A stretch of 64,000 bases of DNA from contig CP158635.1 in assembly GCA_050273025.1 (NCBI GenBank), forward strand, positions 15,376,001 through 15,440,000. The letters are read 5' to 3'. Numbering within the stretch: position 1 is the first letter of the stretch; every line of letters starts with the position of its first letter. Under the pieces are notes generated by a model that was given only the letters and a program-made list of their open reading frames with translations, searched no databases and had not been told where the DNA came from. The position numbers and the translations under genes were made by a program. Shown here piece by piece: positions 36,768 through 50,002 of the stretch. Source of the stretch: Cenococcum geophilum (Eukaryota).

Positions 36768-38720
36768 ATGAGGTCCGCTCTCAGTCTCTTGCTGTTGCCG
36801 CTCCTTGCGTCAGCGTCGCCAGTACTCAACGTTGGCACCATCCACAATGATGCCGCTCCCATTCTCTCATCAGTGAATGCAAAGGAGATTCCCAACTCAT
36901 ATATGGTCGTGTTCAAGAAACACGTAAAGCACACCGATGCCGCTTCTCATCACGATTGGGTTCAAAATCTCCATCTATCCAGCCAGAAGGAGCGGGCGGA
37001 GCTGCGAAAGCGCTCCCAGTACCCTATCTCGACTGATATATTCGAGGGCTTGAAGCACACCTACAACATCGCCGGCGGATTGTTGGGCTACTCTGGCCAC
37101 TTCGATGACGAGACCGTTGAGCAGATTCGGAGACATCCTGATGTGAGTCACTTTACATGTTATTAGCATGGCTTGCATCGAACATGTCGCCAACCACATC
37201 CCCTCGCATCTCCTTTCATCTTCCGAAGCTCATCTGTCGTCGCGTGCGTGGATGGAGCTTTCCTGTCACCACTGCTCTTATCTCCGCTCTCTGCCGCTGC
37301 CGAGTCCTCACGCAATCGGTTGGCCTCATCCATCACACGTGATGCATACCCAATCAATATCCAACCTCCCAATAGTGCACGATTGCTAATGGATTCGACA
37401 TTGAACAGGTCGAATATATCGAGAAGGACTCTGAAGTCCGCACTATGGAAGACGACGTTCAGATTGAGAAGAACGCTCCTTGGGGCCTTGCCCGTATCTC
37501 GCACCGCACAAGCCTGAGCTTCGGCACATGGAACAAATACCTTTACAGTGCTGATGGCGGAGAGGGTGTTGATGTATATGTTATCGATACTGGCACCAAC
37601 ATCAAGCACGTCGACTTTGAAGGTCGTGCTACTTGGGGCAAGACCATCCCAGCCAACGATGCTGATGAGGATGGCAATGGGCACGGTACTCACTGCTCCG
37701 GTACTGTTGCCGGAAAGAAATACGGTGTTGCCAAGAAGGCCAACGTCTACGCTGTCAAGGTCCTCCGGTCTAACGGCTCCGGAACCATGTCCGATGTCGT
37801 CAAGGGCGTCGAGTATGCTGCTGAGCAACACTCCAAGAAGGTCGAGGCAACCAAGAAGGGCAAGGGCAAGAAGGGATTCAAAGGCAGCGCTGCCAACATG
37901 AGCTTAGGCGGTGGCAAGTCTACTGTTCTTGACCTGGCCGTCAATGCCGCCGTCGATGCTGGCATTCACTTTGCTGTCGCCGCTGGTAATGATAATGCTG
38001 ACTCTTGCAACTACTCCCCCGCTGCCGCTGCGAACGCAGTTACAGTTGGCGCTTCAACTCTTCTCGACGAGCGTGCGTACTTCTCCAACTTCGGAAAGTG
38101 CAATGACATTTTCGCTCCTGGCCTCAACATCCTGTCCACCTGGATCGGAAGTGAACACGCTACCAATACCATCTCCGGTACCTCCATGGCCTCTCCTCAT
38201 ATCGCCGGTCTCCTTGCCTATATGCTTTCTCTCCAGCCTTCTAAAGACTCGGGTTATGCTGTTGCGGACATTACCCCAAAGAAACTGAAGGCGAACTTGA
38301 TTTCCATTGCTACTGAGGGTGCTTTGACTGAAGTTCCAAGCAACACCAAGAACGTAAGTCTTTCTACACTCGCAATATCCTGACATCTTACTAATATTCT
38401 GCTAGATCCTTGCCTGGAACGGTGGTGGGTCCTCCAACTACACTGATATCATCAGCAAGGGAGGCTATGCCGTTGGCAAGCAGGTGGATGGGGAACATGA
38501 CACTGTCACCATCACCATCCCTGATTTTTCCCTTGAAGATGTTGAGGTTGAATTTGAGGAAAGCCTCCAGGCCACTGGTCGCAAGATCGAGAAGGGCTCC
38601 TCCCGTCTCCAAGAGAAGGTCGAGAAGCTCTCCCGGGAATTCGAGGACTTTGTCGCCGATGAGATGGAGGAGTTCTTTGACGAGTTCCGCGCGCGCATGG
38701 AATCTGCAAAGACCGAGTAA
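36768..38720 (+). CDS. PRB1: Vacuolar subtilisin-like serine protease (proteinase B / PepC / Alp2 type); exons 36768-37142, 37409-38353 and 38406-38720
   Basis: Signal peptide, I9 propeptide (GLKHTYNIAGGLLGYSGHF) and the S8 catalytic triad motifs VYVIDTG, GHGTHCSGT and SGTSMASPH. Acidic C-terminal extension. Confidence 0.95.
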
Positions 38721-40692
38721 GATGTTTTTTAATCAAAGATGAGAATCTTGCCGCATCATATTTTGTCACGGGTAGCGTCTGCCTTGATACCTAAGTTCGT
38801 TTGGCTAGCGTATTTATGCTATCTATACTCGAGGTGGGTATGATTGGTCTTGGGACTAGGTTTTTCTGGCGGATCTGATCGGGGGAATTCGGGTGCTGTA
38901 TCTCCCTTATTGCATAGATTGATGAACTGAAGTTGGTGGTTGGAGCATTTCCTTCGGTTCGTGTTGTTTAACATGTAGTTATCTCATCACCTCCGGGGAT
39001 TATAAGGGATTGGTAGTACTCAGCAACGATGTTTCCATCTGTGGCTATTCGAAACTTACGCTTTCTTGATGCGGGTCTTCTTTGCGAGTATTGATGCACC
39101 ATTACATTTGAGAAGAGGCCCTTCAATCAGATTGTGCTATCTTATCAGTATGTTGAGTTATCTCGCTTTGAGCACTTAATGTCTTACGTTCAACCTTCCT
39201 TCACCTTCGCTAGGTCAGGAGCATCTTCCATCTGATAACTAACACAAACCATATCCACAGCAGCGTATCAAGGCTAGCAATTCGTCTGCATAGGCTGTGA
39301 GCGTTGTGTAGTCCGGGGAGATATTTTCGAGCGCCTTTGACGGCAAGCGATATTCGATGCTCGCTACTTGGGGAACTAAATCGCAGCCAATGGATCCTCA
39401 AAAAAATCCAATAGAAACCATGACCCGCATTACGATCATCGATCGAGGCCTCCCAGGCTAACTACCTATAGGTTAACTACACTCGAACGAACACTGGAGC
39501 TTCCCGTTGTCGAGGTTATTGCATGGCAAGATCTTAAGTGCCTAGTAAGGTGATCTCAGCGGGAGAAACCACGCTCTCCAATGCTATTACAATTTTCCAC
39601 ATAATATGGGAACGGCTTTTCTGCAGAGTGCACTATTGACTGATGTGCCTGAAGGTCAGCTAGTCTGATGAAGAACGCTGGGCAATCCCGGAAGTTGCAC
39701 GGGAACGTTTTTCCTCTGCCATAATTGTTAATCTAAAGAACCCTTGGTATTAAGATTTGTCCCTTACTCTATTATTTCGGTTACTAGTTCATACTCTGAT
39801 TTTTCAGCAGCTGCCGTTTCCTTAGGCCCAGCCGAATCCTCTAAAAAAGAAGAATGAAGTGTAGGAGGTGAATATAGTGCTTCCGGTAGGATACCTATTG
39901 GCAGTGGCTTAGCTACATCCTCCAGCTCGCTAGACGCCAAATTGTGTTCATTATCGTCGACGTCGCCATTATCAAAAACCTCCGTAATCTCTTTAATCCA
40001 ACCTCCTCTCATGAGATCATCCACTGTAGGAAGGTCACTTCTCTCTTTATTGCCACTTTTGGATTTACGACCACGTTTGCGAGGGCAAAAATGCGCGCGG
40101 CGTAGATGAGCTGCAGCATTGTAGTACGCGCCGTACTTCTTTCCGGCGCGGCACTGCTTACACTTAGCGAGGAAATTTTTGTCGGGAGAGGCATCAACAG
40201 TGACCCAAACTGTCCCGACTTTTACATGGGCCTCCTGCTGATGACGATTCAACTCGTGTTCCCCCTTGAAGCCATTTGGATACTCATTACAGTCTGGGCA
40301 ATTGATCCTTGTACTGGGAGGACGGATATACAGAGCCTTAGTAACATCAATTGGTTGGATTAGGTGACCGCCGGGTATAACTTGATTCTCACGGCTTCTT
40401 GATGGTTTGTTCACTAGATCGTGGGGTTCTTTCGGTATGCTGAGACCAGTATCTTGAATAATATGCTCTGGTCTTCGTTGTTGGTGATCAGACGTCGTAG
40501 GATCGTCAGAGTTTATGGACTCTGCACTTGTCGACGTATCTCCTTCGCTATCGGAGCCGTTACCAGAATCCACATTACGGGGGATAGCAGCCAGAGCTAT
40601 ATCCTCTAAGTGTCTGGCGATGTGCACACTGACAGCGCCAAGACCATCACCAACACTTTCTAAACAGAGTGGACAGGCTGACCCATTCCAGT

Positions 40693-43600
40693 CAGAGTTG
40701 CTGATAAGCAAGCAATCAATCTTGAGGTCTTGAAATTGATTGATTGTATAAATCAATACTCACGACTTGATTGAGGATTGATTGGTTAGCTTTTTTAGAG
40801 GCTTGATTAAAGATTGATTGATTGATATATAGACTTATCGAATTTTTGGTAGCGCTTCGCCGCAGCGTTAAAATTTGCCTTCTAACAGCCTCGAATTCGC
40901 CCAGAATCCTCCACTCTTTTACTGTTTATCTATTATATCCTTTAACGTAATGCTGACCGTCCTTCTGACCGTCCGTTTTACCCGGAAGATTATGGTGTTA
41001 CCGGTATAATTCGTAATAATCCTCGCGATAAGGCTTATAAGGAGTTTTGTGATGCAGCTTGAAAGCTATAAGAGGAAGCCTGCGATGCAGCTCGCGATGA
41101 AGCACGAGCTTGTGATGTAGTACGAGCTCGTGAGGCGCGAGTAGCCTGTGAAGCGGCTTCTATGGTTGCCTATGCGCTAGCTTGTATATTAGCAGTAGCC
41201 TGTAGAGCTTATATATTCGGATCTTGGCGTGGTGTTGAGCCTCTAGGTGTAGCAGGAACAGCTGCAGCCTTCTTAAAGCCTATCTTCTTCTAAGATTGAT
41301 TGCATGAAAGAGCAGCAATTATTGTAGGCAGTAACCTAGATCGACGCTTTTCTAATAAATCGCCACACTTACTGAATCCTTGCTCGTAGTTAGTGCTTGC
41401 CGCTGGAATAGTCAGTATATTAAGAGCTATGCGGCTAAGTTGTGGATACTCAGTTCGAAGCTACCACCAATACTTAATGGGATCCTGCACTAGAGGGTGG
41501 TCTTCATCAAGTGGCTTAATCTTCTTCCAAGTCTCATATTCATCGTCATCGCTGGCTCGGCCCTCTGCTACACCAGTGTTGGCTTTAACGTATAAGTCAC
41601 GGGCTGTGTAGAGACGTAGCCTCTTCCGTGGCGGCTCAACAGCTAATGACGTAGGCTTATCTAAAGCTTCGCCCAAAGCCTTATTTGGAAGAGCTTTGTA
41701 TTCTACCCATAGAGCTTGGAAATTGGCGTCGTTCATTTTAAGCTAATTTGGCCTATCCTTCCAAGCGTTCTTACAGAAGAGCTTAGTGTAAGGATGCAGA
41801 ATTACTACCGCGTAGTAGATAGGCGTCTCATTAAGCTTTTTGAAATACTCGTTTAACTTCAACCAGGCCGCGTTAATATTAATCTTAATATAATCTTCTA
41901 TAGCCTCCTAATTAGGGTAGTCCTCCTCTGTAGCTTTAGCAACTCGATCCTTCTATTCTTTAAGAACTATAAGTAGCCAATTAAATATAGGAATAACCTC
42001 CTAGATGGCACCATTCGAGCCTGCCTTCCCTCTGCCCTTAAGCATACTTATAGCCTCGTAAAAAGGGCAAAGAATATTAAGGTAGTTATTTACGACTTAC
42101 CAATCGTGTGTAGTAATTCCGCCAACTTTAATATAAAGGCGTGCCTTTATTTCCAGTGGCTCTTAACCTCGGCTTCTTGCAAAGGATTAAGACGCTACCT
42201 TCTTCTTCTCAAATTCGTTAATCTTAAAGGTTTAATATACATTAAGGGCAGGCTATAGTTCTGTGGCTCTCTTAAAGGCGTTAAAGTAACTATTCCAGCG
42301 CGTCTTAATGGGCTTAACTAGCTGCTTAACCTTAAAGTTTGAATCGGGAGGAACGTTTTATGTAATTTAGAAGGACTTAAAAAGCTTAATCTGTTAAGCC
42401 GTATTAATGGAAATAATAAGATCACAGAGGGCTCCAAGAGCACCTTCCTTTCACCACTCTATAAGAAACTTCTCTTCTTCCTGGCCTAAATTAGTAGCAG
42501 TAAAAGAATAGGCTAAGGCTACTTATAGGAATATTCTCATCATTCTTAAATAAGTCCTTGTCCTTTAACTACATAATTTACTAAGCTACAAGATTAAGTA
42601 TATAACAGGCGCACCGGCCATAACGGTAAGCCGCGATAAAGTCAAACTTAATGGCCAAGCCTTCTACTACGGTGTTATTCTTAGATTCATTATCCACAAC
42701 AAAATAGCCTAGCCGCTCTTTTGTAATATTAAATGTATTAAAAACGCTTCTAATAACCTCCACATAATTCTCTCCAAAGTAACAGCCGAGTTGGGCTGGT
42801 AAGGCTATCATATAGTCGCGAATCTTGCCTTTATAGTTAAGGTGATGAACCCATATACCCGTAAGAGCGTATCTGCCATTTAGTGTTAACCGGCCATCAA
42901 AAGATACGTGGATTCGTAACTGCGCAGTAGAGAGGAACTCCTTTACGGATAGAATATAGGCTTTAAACTCTGTCATGACGAAATCTGCAACGGCTTAATA
43001 GTTCTTCCATAGAACCCGCTCAGCCTCAGGATTCGCGAGTTGTAACATCTTGCGGAAGGCAGGCGTCTCAAATTCGCGTAGAGGGTGATTATTCTCTATA
43101 ATCCAATTAACAGCTGACTGTTTAAAAGCTTCTGCATCAAAGCCACCGATCAGAGCGTTAGCAACTGCTTAAGAGACGTAGTAGCCACTCCTCATAACTT
43201 GCTCTAGAAGAGTACTCTGCCCAGCCTCTATGGCCAGTATAATCTTGCCGTGCTTATCAACTCCATAGCCCTTCTTATTCTGCCTAAGATGGGCAGCAGC
43301 AGCACTAGTTACTCGTGTAATGTTATACCGGCCTTGGCCTCCACAGTCAATAATCTTATAGATATGGCAGTACTTGCAAATAAAGATAATTTGCTTGTCG
43401 TTAACCCTGCTTTGCAACCAATATCCATACTTATATATCCAGCTAGGCGTCCGTAGTAGGCTGTAATAAGGCTTCATAAGGTCAGGTAGTCGTTTCCAGT
43501 TAATACCATCATATCAATTAATCCCGTCGTCTTCAGAGTCACTATTAATCTCAATAGAGGTTTTGGTAGGAGCAACAGCTTCAGAGAAGGTAAGGTCAGC

Positions 43601-44008
43601 GTCAATCCTATTTCCTGCATTCAGCGCGTTAATATTAGCCTATAACAGTTCCTCTGCCATTATAGCAGTATCAAATAATAATTATTTAACGCTAGTGTTA
43701 AGGTTTAAATTAGGAACAGTGCAAATTCAAGGACCCTAGTGTACAATTTCGGCCCGGAAAAATAATTCAATTAGGCCTAGCAACTGCTACATCAGGCTTA
43801 GCGCCTATACACTCGGACCTCCGACCAAAAGCCTATTACCAAGATCTTATATAAAAAATATATAAAATATACAATCAATCAATCAATCTAAGCCTTCCTT
43901 AATAGATTGATTGCCCAAATTAAACCCTCCAGATTGAATTGAAGATTGATTGTATAATACAATCAAGCAAGCAATCCGAGCAATCTAAATTACTTATCAG
44001 CAACTCTG
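40693..44008 (-). mobile_element. hAT DNA transposon (3316 bp), RIP-mutated
   Basis: Perfect 16-bp TIR CAGAGTTGCTGATAAG. 8-bp TSD ATTCCAGT at 40685-40692 and 44009-44016. GATT/AATC subterminal repeats. Confidence 0.97.
41000..43660 (-). pseudogene. hAT transposase with RIP stops
   Basis: Motifs IHVSFDG, RCACYILNLVA, KPIKTRWNSYF and DPIKYWW..RTEYPQLSRIALNILTIPAAS. Ends are approximate. Confidence 0.9.
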
Positions 44009-45618
44009 ATTCCAGTGAGATGCAAGGGCATGTTCTTGACCGAGATGATTGACCCAGGTGTCGCGGGACCGAAAAGTAGTCGTATTGCCAAGACATTGAT
44101 CCCAAGGACAAACGTAAGGTTGCAAGTCCGCAAGGAGGTGTTTTCTTAAGCTGTTAATCGGAGCATCATGTAGAGTAAAAAATGGACTCACCTCCACATT
44201 TTTGTTTCCGACACACGTATTTTCCTGCCACAAGCGTCACATGTAAATGGATTCCCCTTTTTGGCATCTTCTGACAAAGGCGGAATCCGGGGGCAACCTT
44301 CATCTGCAGTCGATGCCCGAGAAGCAACAGTAGCCGCATACACAGTTGTAGCGGGAACTGAAGTTCCCAGTCCTGAATCTTGAAATTTTGATGAAGCTGC
44401 AACTGTTTCAGTGCATTCATGTTCAGAAAAGAGACAGCTCTCATCGTTGGCAATAATAGAAGATCTTTGTGCTTCTAATCGCTTGAAGCGATCCCAGTTA
44501 ACCTTGCCCAATTTGTCGACCAGATCAAAGTTTGCTTGCGGAAATCTTGCGTGAATGAGGCTGGCATAGAATTGGGCCGGTTGTGACTCAAGCAGTGATG
44601 ACGGACGAGCACCATAATTCTCTAAATCATCAATCGGTGTCTTAAGGAGGGGATCCAGATCCATAAGGCACTCGATATCAGTCCTAATATCTTCTAATAT
44701 TTCATCGATGGTGTCATAGGAATAACTTAACGAAGCGTCGTTATCGTATCCCGTGTCTTCGCTCTCTTCGTCTTGCTCAAATGTTTGTCGAACCTTTCCC
44801 ATTAATGCCTTTACCTTGGCAGAACTCATAGAATCTTCCCGAATGATCTTAGATGGGATAGCATATTGAAGTAGTCCTAATAGTCAGCTTCGTCTTATAT
44901 TAATTCAACCCTTGCCAGGCCTACTCGAAACCAAGACCTCGGCAATTGAGCAGAGTAACCCTAGCGTAGATTTGTATAGGGTATGAGAGCGATTTAAGAC
45001 ACTTTCTAGTTGCCCCTCGGAAACCTGATATCCATCTCCCCAAAGCTGAAAAAGACCAAAACTGCGCTGAATACTTTCCAGTTGCTGACAAGAAAAGGCT
45101 GAATCTGTATTCAGCTGCGATATGATCAACTTAAATAAGCAGAGGCAGCTATGAAAGAACTCGGCCGTAATGCCTAACTCCCTCGTATGGGTTTGGGAGG
45201 AGGTGTTCTCTTGCCAGTGCTTGATATACGAAAGGGGGTCGCGATCACTTGGTCTGTTTTTAATCATTTTAGATTACTTCACTTTAAGCTGCTGTAAAAA
45301 AAAAGACATGTGAAGTAAATGATTAACTTGATGATACAAGGGAAATGAGGTGATAAGCAGTGTGGGCATAATTCAGAATTATCTTGGGGAATGAGCTCAA
45401 GCTGAGTCTTGCAGCAAGGCAGAGACCGTAAGGCAGATTCACAGCTAGATTAGACTGAACTTGCAACCGGACGACCCCCTAAGGTGCAGATTCTGCCTTA
45501 CCGATGTTGCTTTTTGCTCCGCCTCAACGCCTGTAGATTCGTGCCCGACTCCATCAGCATGGCTACTTGTGTATCCCCTCAGCCTATCTCAATTACTGAA
45601 CTCTGAATTCTTCTCAAA

Positions 45619-48004
45619 ATGGCCGAAGCAGCATTAGGGCTGGCGCTTGGAGTGCTGCCAATCATCATCGAAGCTATCAAAGCCTACGAGTCGACTTACG
45701 ACAAAATAAAGACATTTCGTCAAGTTTCTCGTGAAGTTGGAAGACTTTTGAAGAAATTTGAAAGGCAGATGCAATTCTTTGAGAATGAATGCCACCTGCT
45801 GCTGAGGTTGGTGTTGAAGAATGACGGTTGGAAGGCTAAGGAGATGATGGAAAATCCGGCGCATCACCTTTGGACAGATCATGATCTTCACAACCGAGTG
45901 ACAGAACTTCTGAACAACAATTATGGCACTTGTAAAAGTATTGCAGAGGAAATAAAAATATCTCTAGACGGACTTGAGGAGGAGTTGATATATCTTGATA
46001 AGGTCGTAAATCAGCAAAGGTTTAAGGTACTCTACATAGCTCAAATCCAGCAAGGCTTAGAATCCGCGTCTTTTGCTGGGAACCGGAACATAGATATCAG
46101 CTAACTATGTCCAGGGCGAATCGATAAGAGACACTATTCGGCGTTTACGCCAGTCTGTGATAGTCTCCTTTGAAAAAAGTCGATATGAGAAGAAACTCGA
46201 AAATTTGCGCAATCAAAATGCGGACCTCCGCCTCCTGCGATCTCAAATCTCAGATTTTCAGCACCAAACTTGCTTCTCAAGAGGGTATTCCGGCTCAAAT
46301 TTAATGCCGTCCACGTATCATACGGTGCAGCAAGCATCACGTACACTTTATGATGCTCTGACAATGTCATGGTGCTGTTCTGATCCTGCCCATATAAGGC
46401 ACGGCGCGAAGCTATATCTGGATGCGAAAGTGGAAGAGACGGTTCAGCTCAACTTAGTAATTTCAAATCAGAATAGCGATCCCGCTATTAACCAAAGGTA
46501 CTTCTACCTCCACTCTGCAGGTCGAATCAGCCCTCGCAAGACCCTTATTGTTTTAAACTAATCCTATGGGCAATTTATAGTGAAAGTAGAACCGAATGCG
46601 CAATAAGGCTTCATGTAAGATCCTCGAAGAATCCTATACCGGATTTGCCAACACCCATGACTTCCCCTTCACCTTTAGCTACCGGAGAAGGTCCAAATAT
46701 ATCGCAAGACGAGAGAACTGGCCTGTTAACGAACTTAGCACAATATTCAAGGAAGGACGCCGCCCCTCCTCTGCTTGGGAGGACTAAGAAGCGAAGAAAA
46801 GTTCACTTCGAGAAATCTACCGATAACTGCACGGAGCCTGAACAACAGAAAGCTTCATTACCCCATAAAGCTGTGAAATCATCAAATATATCCGTACATT
46901 CTCTTGAAAGTCAAATGTCGGCGTTCATAAACCTTCAATACGCCAAGAACATGTGTGAGCATATGAATCAACATGTGCTCCCGTCAGTCTTTAGCAACGA
47001 CGTATATAGAGATGAGGTGCACCACTTGCCTTTAGGCTACCTGGAGGTTCCCGGGGGGTGCGAACATCTTTTTTATCACTCCAAGTCTGCTGAGGCCGAC
47101 ATGAAGAAGCGGGTCTCTATCCCTTAACCCGTCAACTTGGGCACGCAGGTTATCGATAAGAGTCCACCAATCAGATCGGTAGGATTCGGTAGCCGTGCTC
47201 AGGAATACACAATTCGGGGAGTGGCCAAGGCTTCTGGGGGGTTTTTTTCGCCGTCTTATTTGGGGGAATCTTATACTGAGTCTTCTGAACAAGATCTACA
47301 TCAATTCTAGCGTGATTAGAAGGCATGGTGGTGGTATATTTGATGGTTTAATTCTACGCGTTGTTCTGATTCTGGTGTTCGCGCACGGGCCTTCTACTCT
47401 GCTCGCCCTGACGGGTCAAGGGATAGTCGAATTATTGCGGCCATCCACCCAAGACACTCTAGACTTGGCCAGCCAACTGAAACTCGCTCACCGTATCGTT
47501 ACCGCTGTCCTACAGTATCAGTCGACTCCCTGGCTTAGCCAAGATTGGTGCCTGCAACAATTCACTTTCTTTGGATCCAGCAAAGAGCTGTCTGAAAAGG
47601 TGTTGCGAACACTCCATGTCAGCGTGGAACTCCCTAACAATGAGTGCAAAACATCTGTCTTGCCCATGGAGGGCATACAGGCAATCGGCTATGACTCTCC
47701 AGTCGACATGGAAGATGTGCAGCTTCTCTACGGTATCCGAAACATGACTCTGCACTGTTTAGGTGTTGCCTTGCTTGAACTTGGATACTGGAAACCTTTG
47801 GATTCTCATGATCTATTAGCAGTGCGCCGACTTGCCGCAAGCCGATCACCGCTAGGGCCAAAATATCAGGAAATAGTCCAGAAGTGTCTGGGTTGTGACT
47901 TTGGTCTTGGCATTGACCTTACGAAGACCGATCTGCAATGCGCGTTATATAACGACGTTGTATGTCCATTAGAAAGTATGATGGAAAGTCTAGGTATTTC
48001 CTAA
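45619..48004 (+). pseudogene. Protein with a HeLo-like/helical N-terminus and conserved fungal C-terminal domain, interrupted by a 302-bp MITE
   Basis: MAEAALGLALGVLPIIIEAIKAYE N-terminus. Introns 46027-46114 and 46498-46580 join the ORFs in frame. C-terminus LAHRIVTAVLQYQSTPWL..LGVALLELG..LGPKYQEIVQKCLGCDFG. Confidence 0.8.
47121..47422. mobile_element. MITE with piggyBac-type termini (302 bp)
   Basis: 14-bp TIR CCCTTAACCCGTCA / TGACGGGTCAAGGG (1 transition). AT at 47119-47120 and 47423-47424. Confidence 0.88.
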
Positions 48005-48625
48005 GGTTAGTGGTTGGAGTTTGGCCCTAGCCGTACGAACTATTCAGCTTTTAACATAAGGAGACTCGCCACAACGCTCAGAATTAATCGTATAGCCTTT
48101 TACGACGCATTTCTGAAGCCCCCTAGAACGGGCAGTGGAGTCTTTATAGCGTTACTAGGAAGAACCGTTACCGTGTTTTATTGTGCTTCCGAGAAGTACT
48201 CATTGTCGCCGCGCTAGATTTGCAAACTGGAGATCTTGGGATTGGGTGATACCCGTATGGTTTCCGTAGTGTTCATAGTATTTGTAGTACCGGTAGCAAT
48301 TCGCAGTATACTACATAGCTAGCTATAGATTCTGCTTTCATGTGTGGGTTGACAGCTTGCCTGGAAATACAATTGATTACTGGTTCTTCTTGAGCGTGGC
48401 TGTAGCCAGATTTGCTGTTGGTAATTAGTGCGCAAAGGGCCGGAAGACCTCGATTGTGGAGCAGCTGAGGCCATTCAAACAATCAAACATAGAAAAGCAG
48501 GGAAATGAAAGGGGATCCGAAGATTCTTTGATTATCACTTCTGATTATTCTGGCCCATCCCTATTGCGACATCCGCAGCTCGGCGCTATTTTCCAAGCGC
48601 CTGATAAAAGCCGTATTCCAGCGAC

Positions 48626-49122
48626 TCAAATCATAAGCCTCTCTACCTTGTCCTTCAACGATCTGATCTGGCCGGATAGATCACTAGCCTCGTTTGTCGT
48701 AATACTGGCTGCAATGACAGCCCGGCTCACTCCGCAAGCCCTTCCCAAAGCCGTTTTGCTGGGGACATATACGTAGGGGACGTTCTTGTCTTCACAGAGG
48801 AGAGGCAGGTGGAGCACGATGGCCAAAGGTGAGGTATCGGCGGCGAGAACGATGATCTCGGATACCCCACGGTTTAATGTCTTCGTCGCTTCGTTTGCTC
48901 CCTTTTTCAACTGTTCCCATATCAGTATCGCTATAGCTGCACGTGGATCAAAAGTGTGGATTTGGTGAAGAACGAACCTGACGATAGTGATTAGCTTGCT
49001 GCACAAGATCGAGAATCTCTTGAGATAAAGCGGAATCGGCCACAGGCCAAGCTATGTGCTTGTTAGTCGCATTTTACTTAACATGAGGTGGACTAGTGAA
49101 ACTTACCAGCGGCTTCTACCAT
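48626..49122 (-). CDS. SNU13: 13-kDa ribonucleoprotein-associated protein Snu13/15.5K (L7Ae family), 3 exons
   Basis: [82 protein letters not shown]. Confidence 0.97.
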
Positions 49123-49328
49123 GATTCGGTATGGTCAGTGATTGGTGTTGATTTTCTGTTCGCTCGCCCGAAGGTTCACTGCGTTGGAGGCACGCTCGAA
49201 AGTTCTAGCTTGTTAAAGTTAAGAGACAAAGTTGAAGAAGAAAAGCTAGCGTTTGGGCCGGATTTCAAGGATGGGTGTATCGGACTTTAGTAGGACCGTT
49301 AATCATGGCCTGTGCGTACATATGCCCG

Positions 49329-49436
49329 CACGTGACCCGTCTCTGATTCTGTTGGTGCGGATTTTTAATCGGTCCGCAAACTAACTAACTACATTTGTGC
49401 TATACCACCGATTGCGGCTGGAGAGCATCACGTGAC
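49329..49436. promoter_or_regulatory. Two CACGTGAC E-box (Cbf1-type) motifs upstream of SNU13
   Basis: CACGTGAC at 49329-49336 and 49429-49436, exactly 100 bp apart. Confidence 0.4.
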
Positions 49437-49457
49437 ACTGATGAGTCCTCTCGTTTA

Positions 49458-50002
49458 ACGTCCCTCCCTGAGTGGCGCAAAACCCCCCGTGCCGCAATAA
49501 ATCCATTGTTTACGCATCTCAACTCTCTCCCCCGCGATTCTATCAAGTTATAATTATAGTAGTAGTATTCTCTAGATATTTCCCTTTAGGAAACCAGTGT
49601 GCAGCCTAAAAAATACAATGCTTTTAATTATGCTGTTAGTCGTTCTTTTCAAAGCATCTAAAACTGCGTTAGCTTTACACCCCTGCTGCACCACGACTGT
49701 CTATAAAATTTCAAGCTTCGGAGTATTTAATTAATAAAACTATTACAGAATAAGGTAGTCCTAAGCTTTTAAAGACACTTAGCTCTTAAAAATATATATT
49801 CCGGATTTATCCGTAAGAAGGGGCCTATCCCTTAGCACGGTAGCGCCCTACGAGCAAGTAGCCCCGTGCGTAAAGGCTTTGAATTCCTAAGTACAGGCAC
49901 TAAATTCAGCTCTTCTAATTGGCTAGTTCTTATCGATACCGGTAGGACGCAAATTACCGTGCTAAGGGATAGGGTGTCTTGGCATGAGAATTTAGCGCGC
50001 TT
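49458..50002. mobile_element. Degraded Fot1/pogo-like transposon end fragment
   Basis: TA|ACGT start at 49458, typical of Fot1/pogo TIRs, followed by AT-rich RIP-like sequence. Confidence 0.35.
49829..49968. mobile_element. MITE with piggyBac-type termini (140 bp)
   Basis: Perfect 14-bp TIR CCCTTAGCACGGTA / TACCGTGCTAAGGG. AT at 49827-49828 and 49969-49970. Confidence 0.85.

Larger units (their letters stand above)
39764..45267 (-). pseudogene. Multi-exon C2H2-finger protein with an N-terminal helical domain and a C-terminal KLAP1-like Zn-binding domain, interrupted by a hAT insertion
   Basis: FTCDACG..WR/KHLLADLQPYVC..C..F..RDTWVNHL..EH..HWN|GSACPLC..HIARHLEDIALAAIPR, then CPDCNEYPNGFKGEHELNRH..CKQCRAGKKYGAYYNAAAHLRRAHF. 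Confidence 0.8.
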
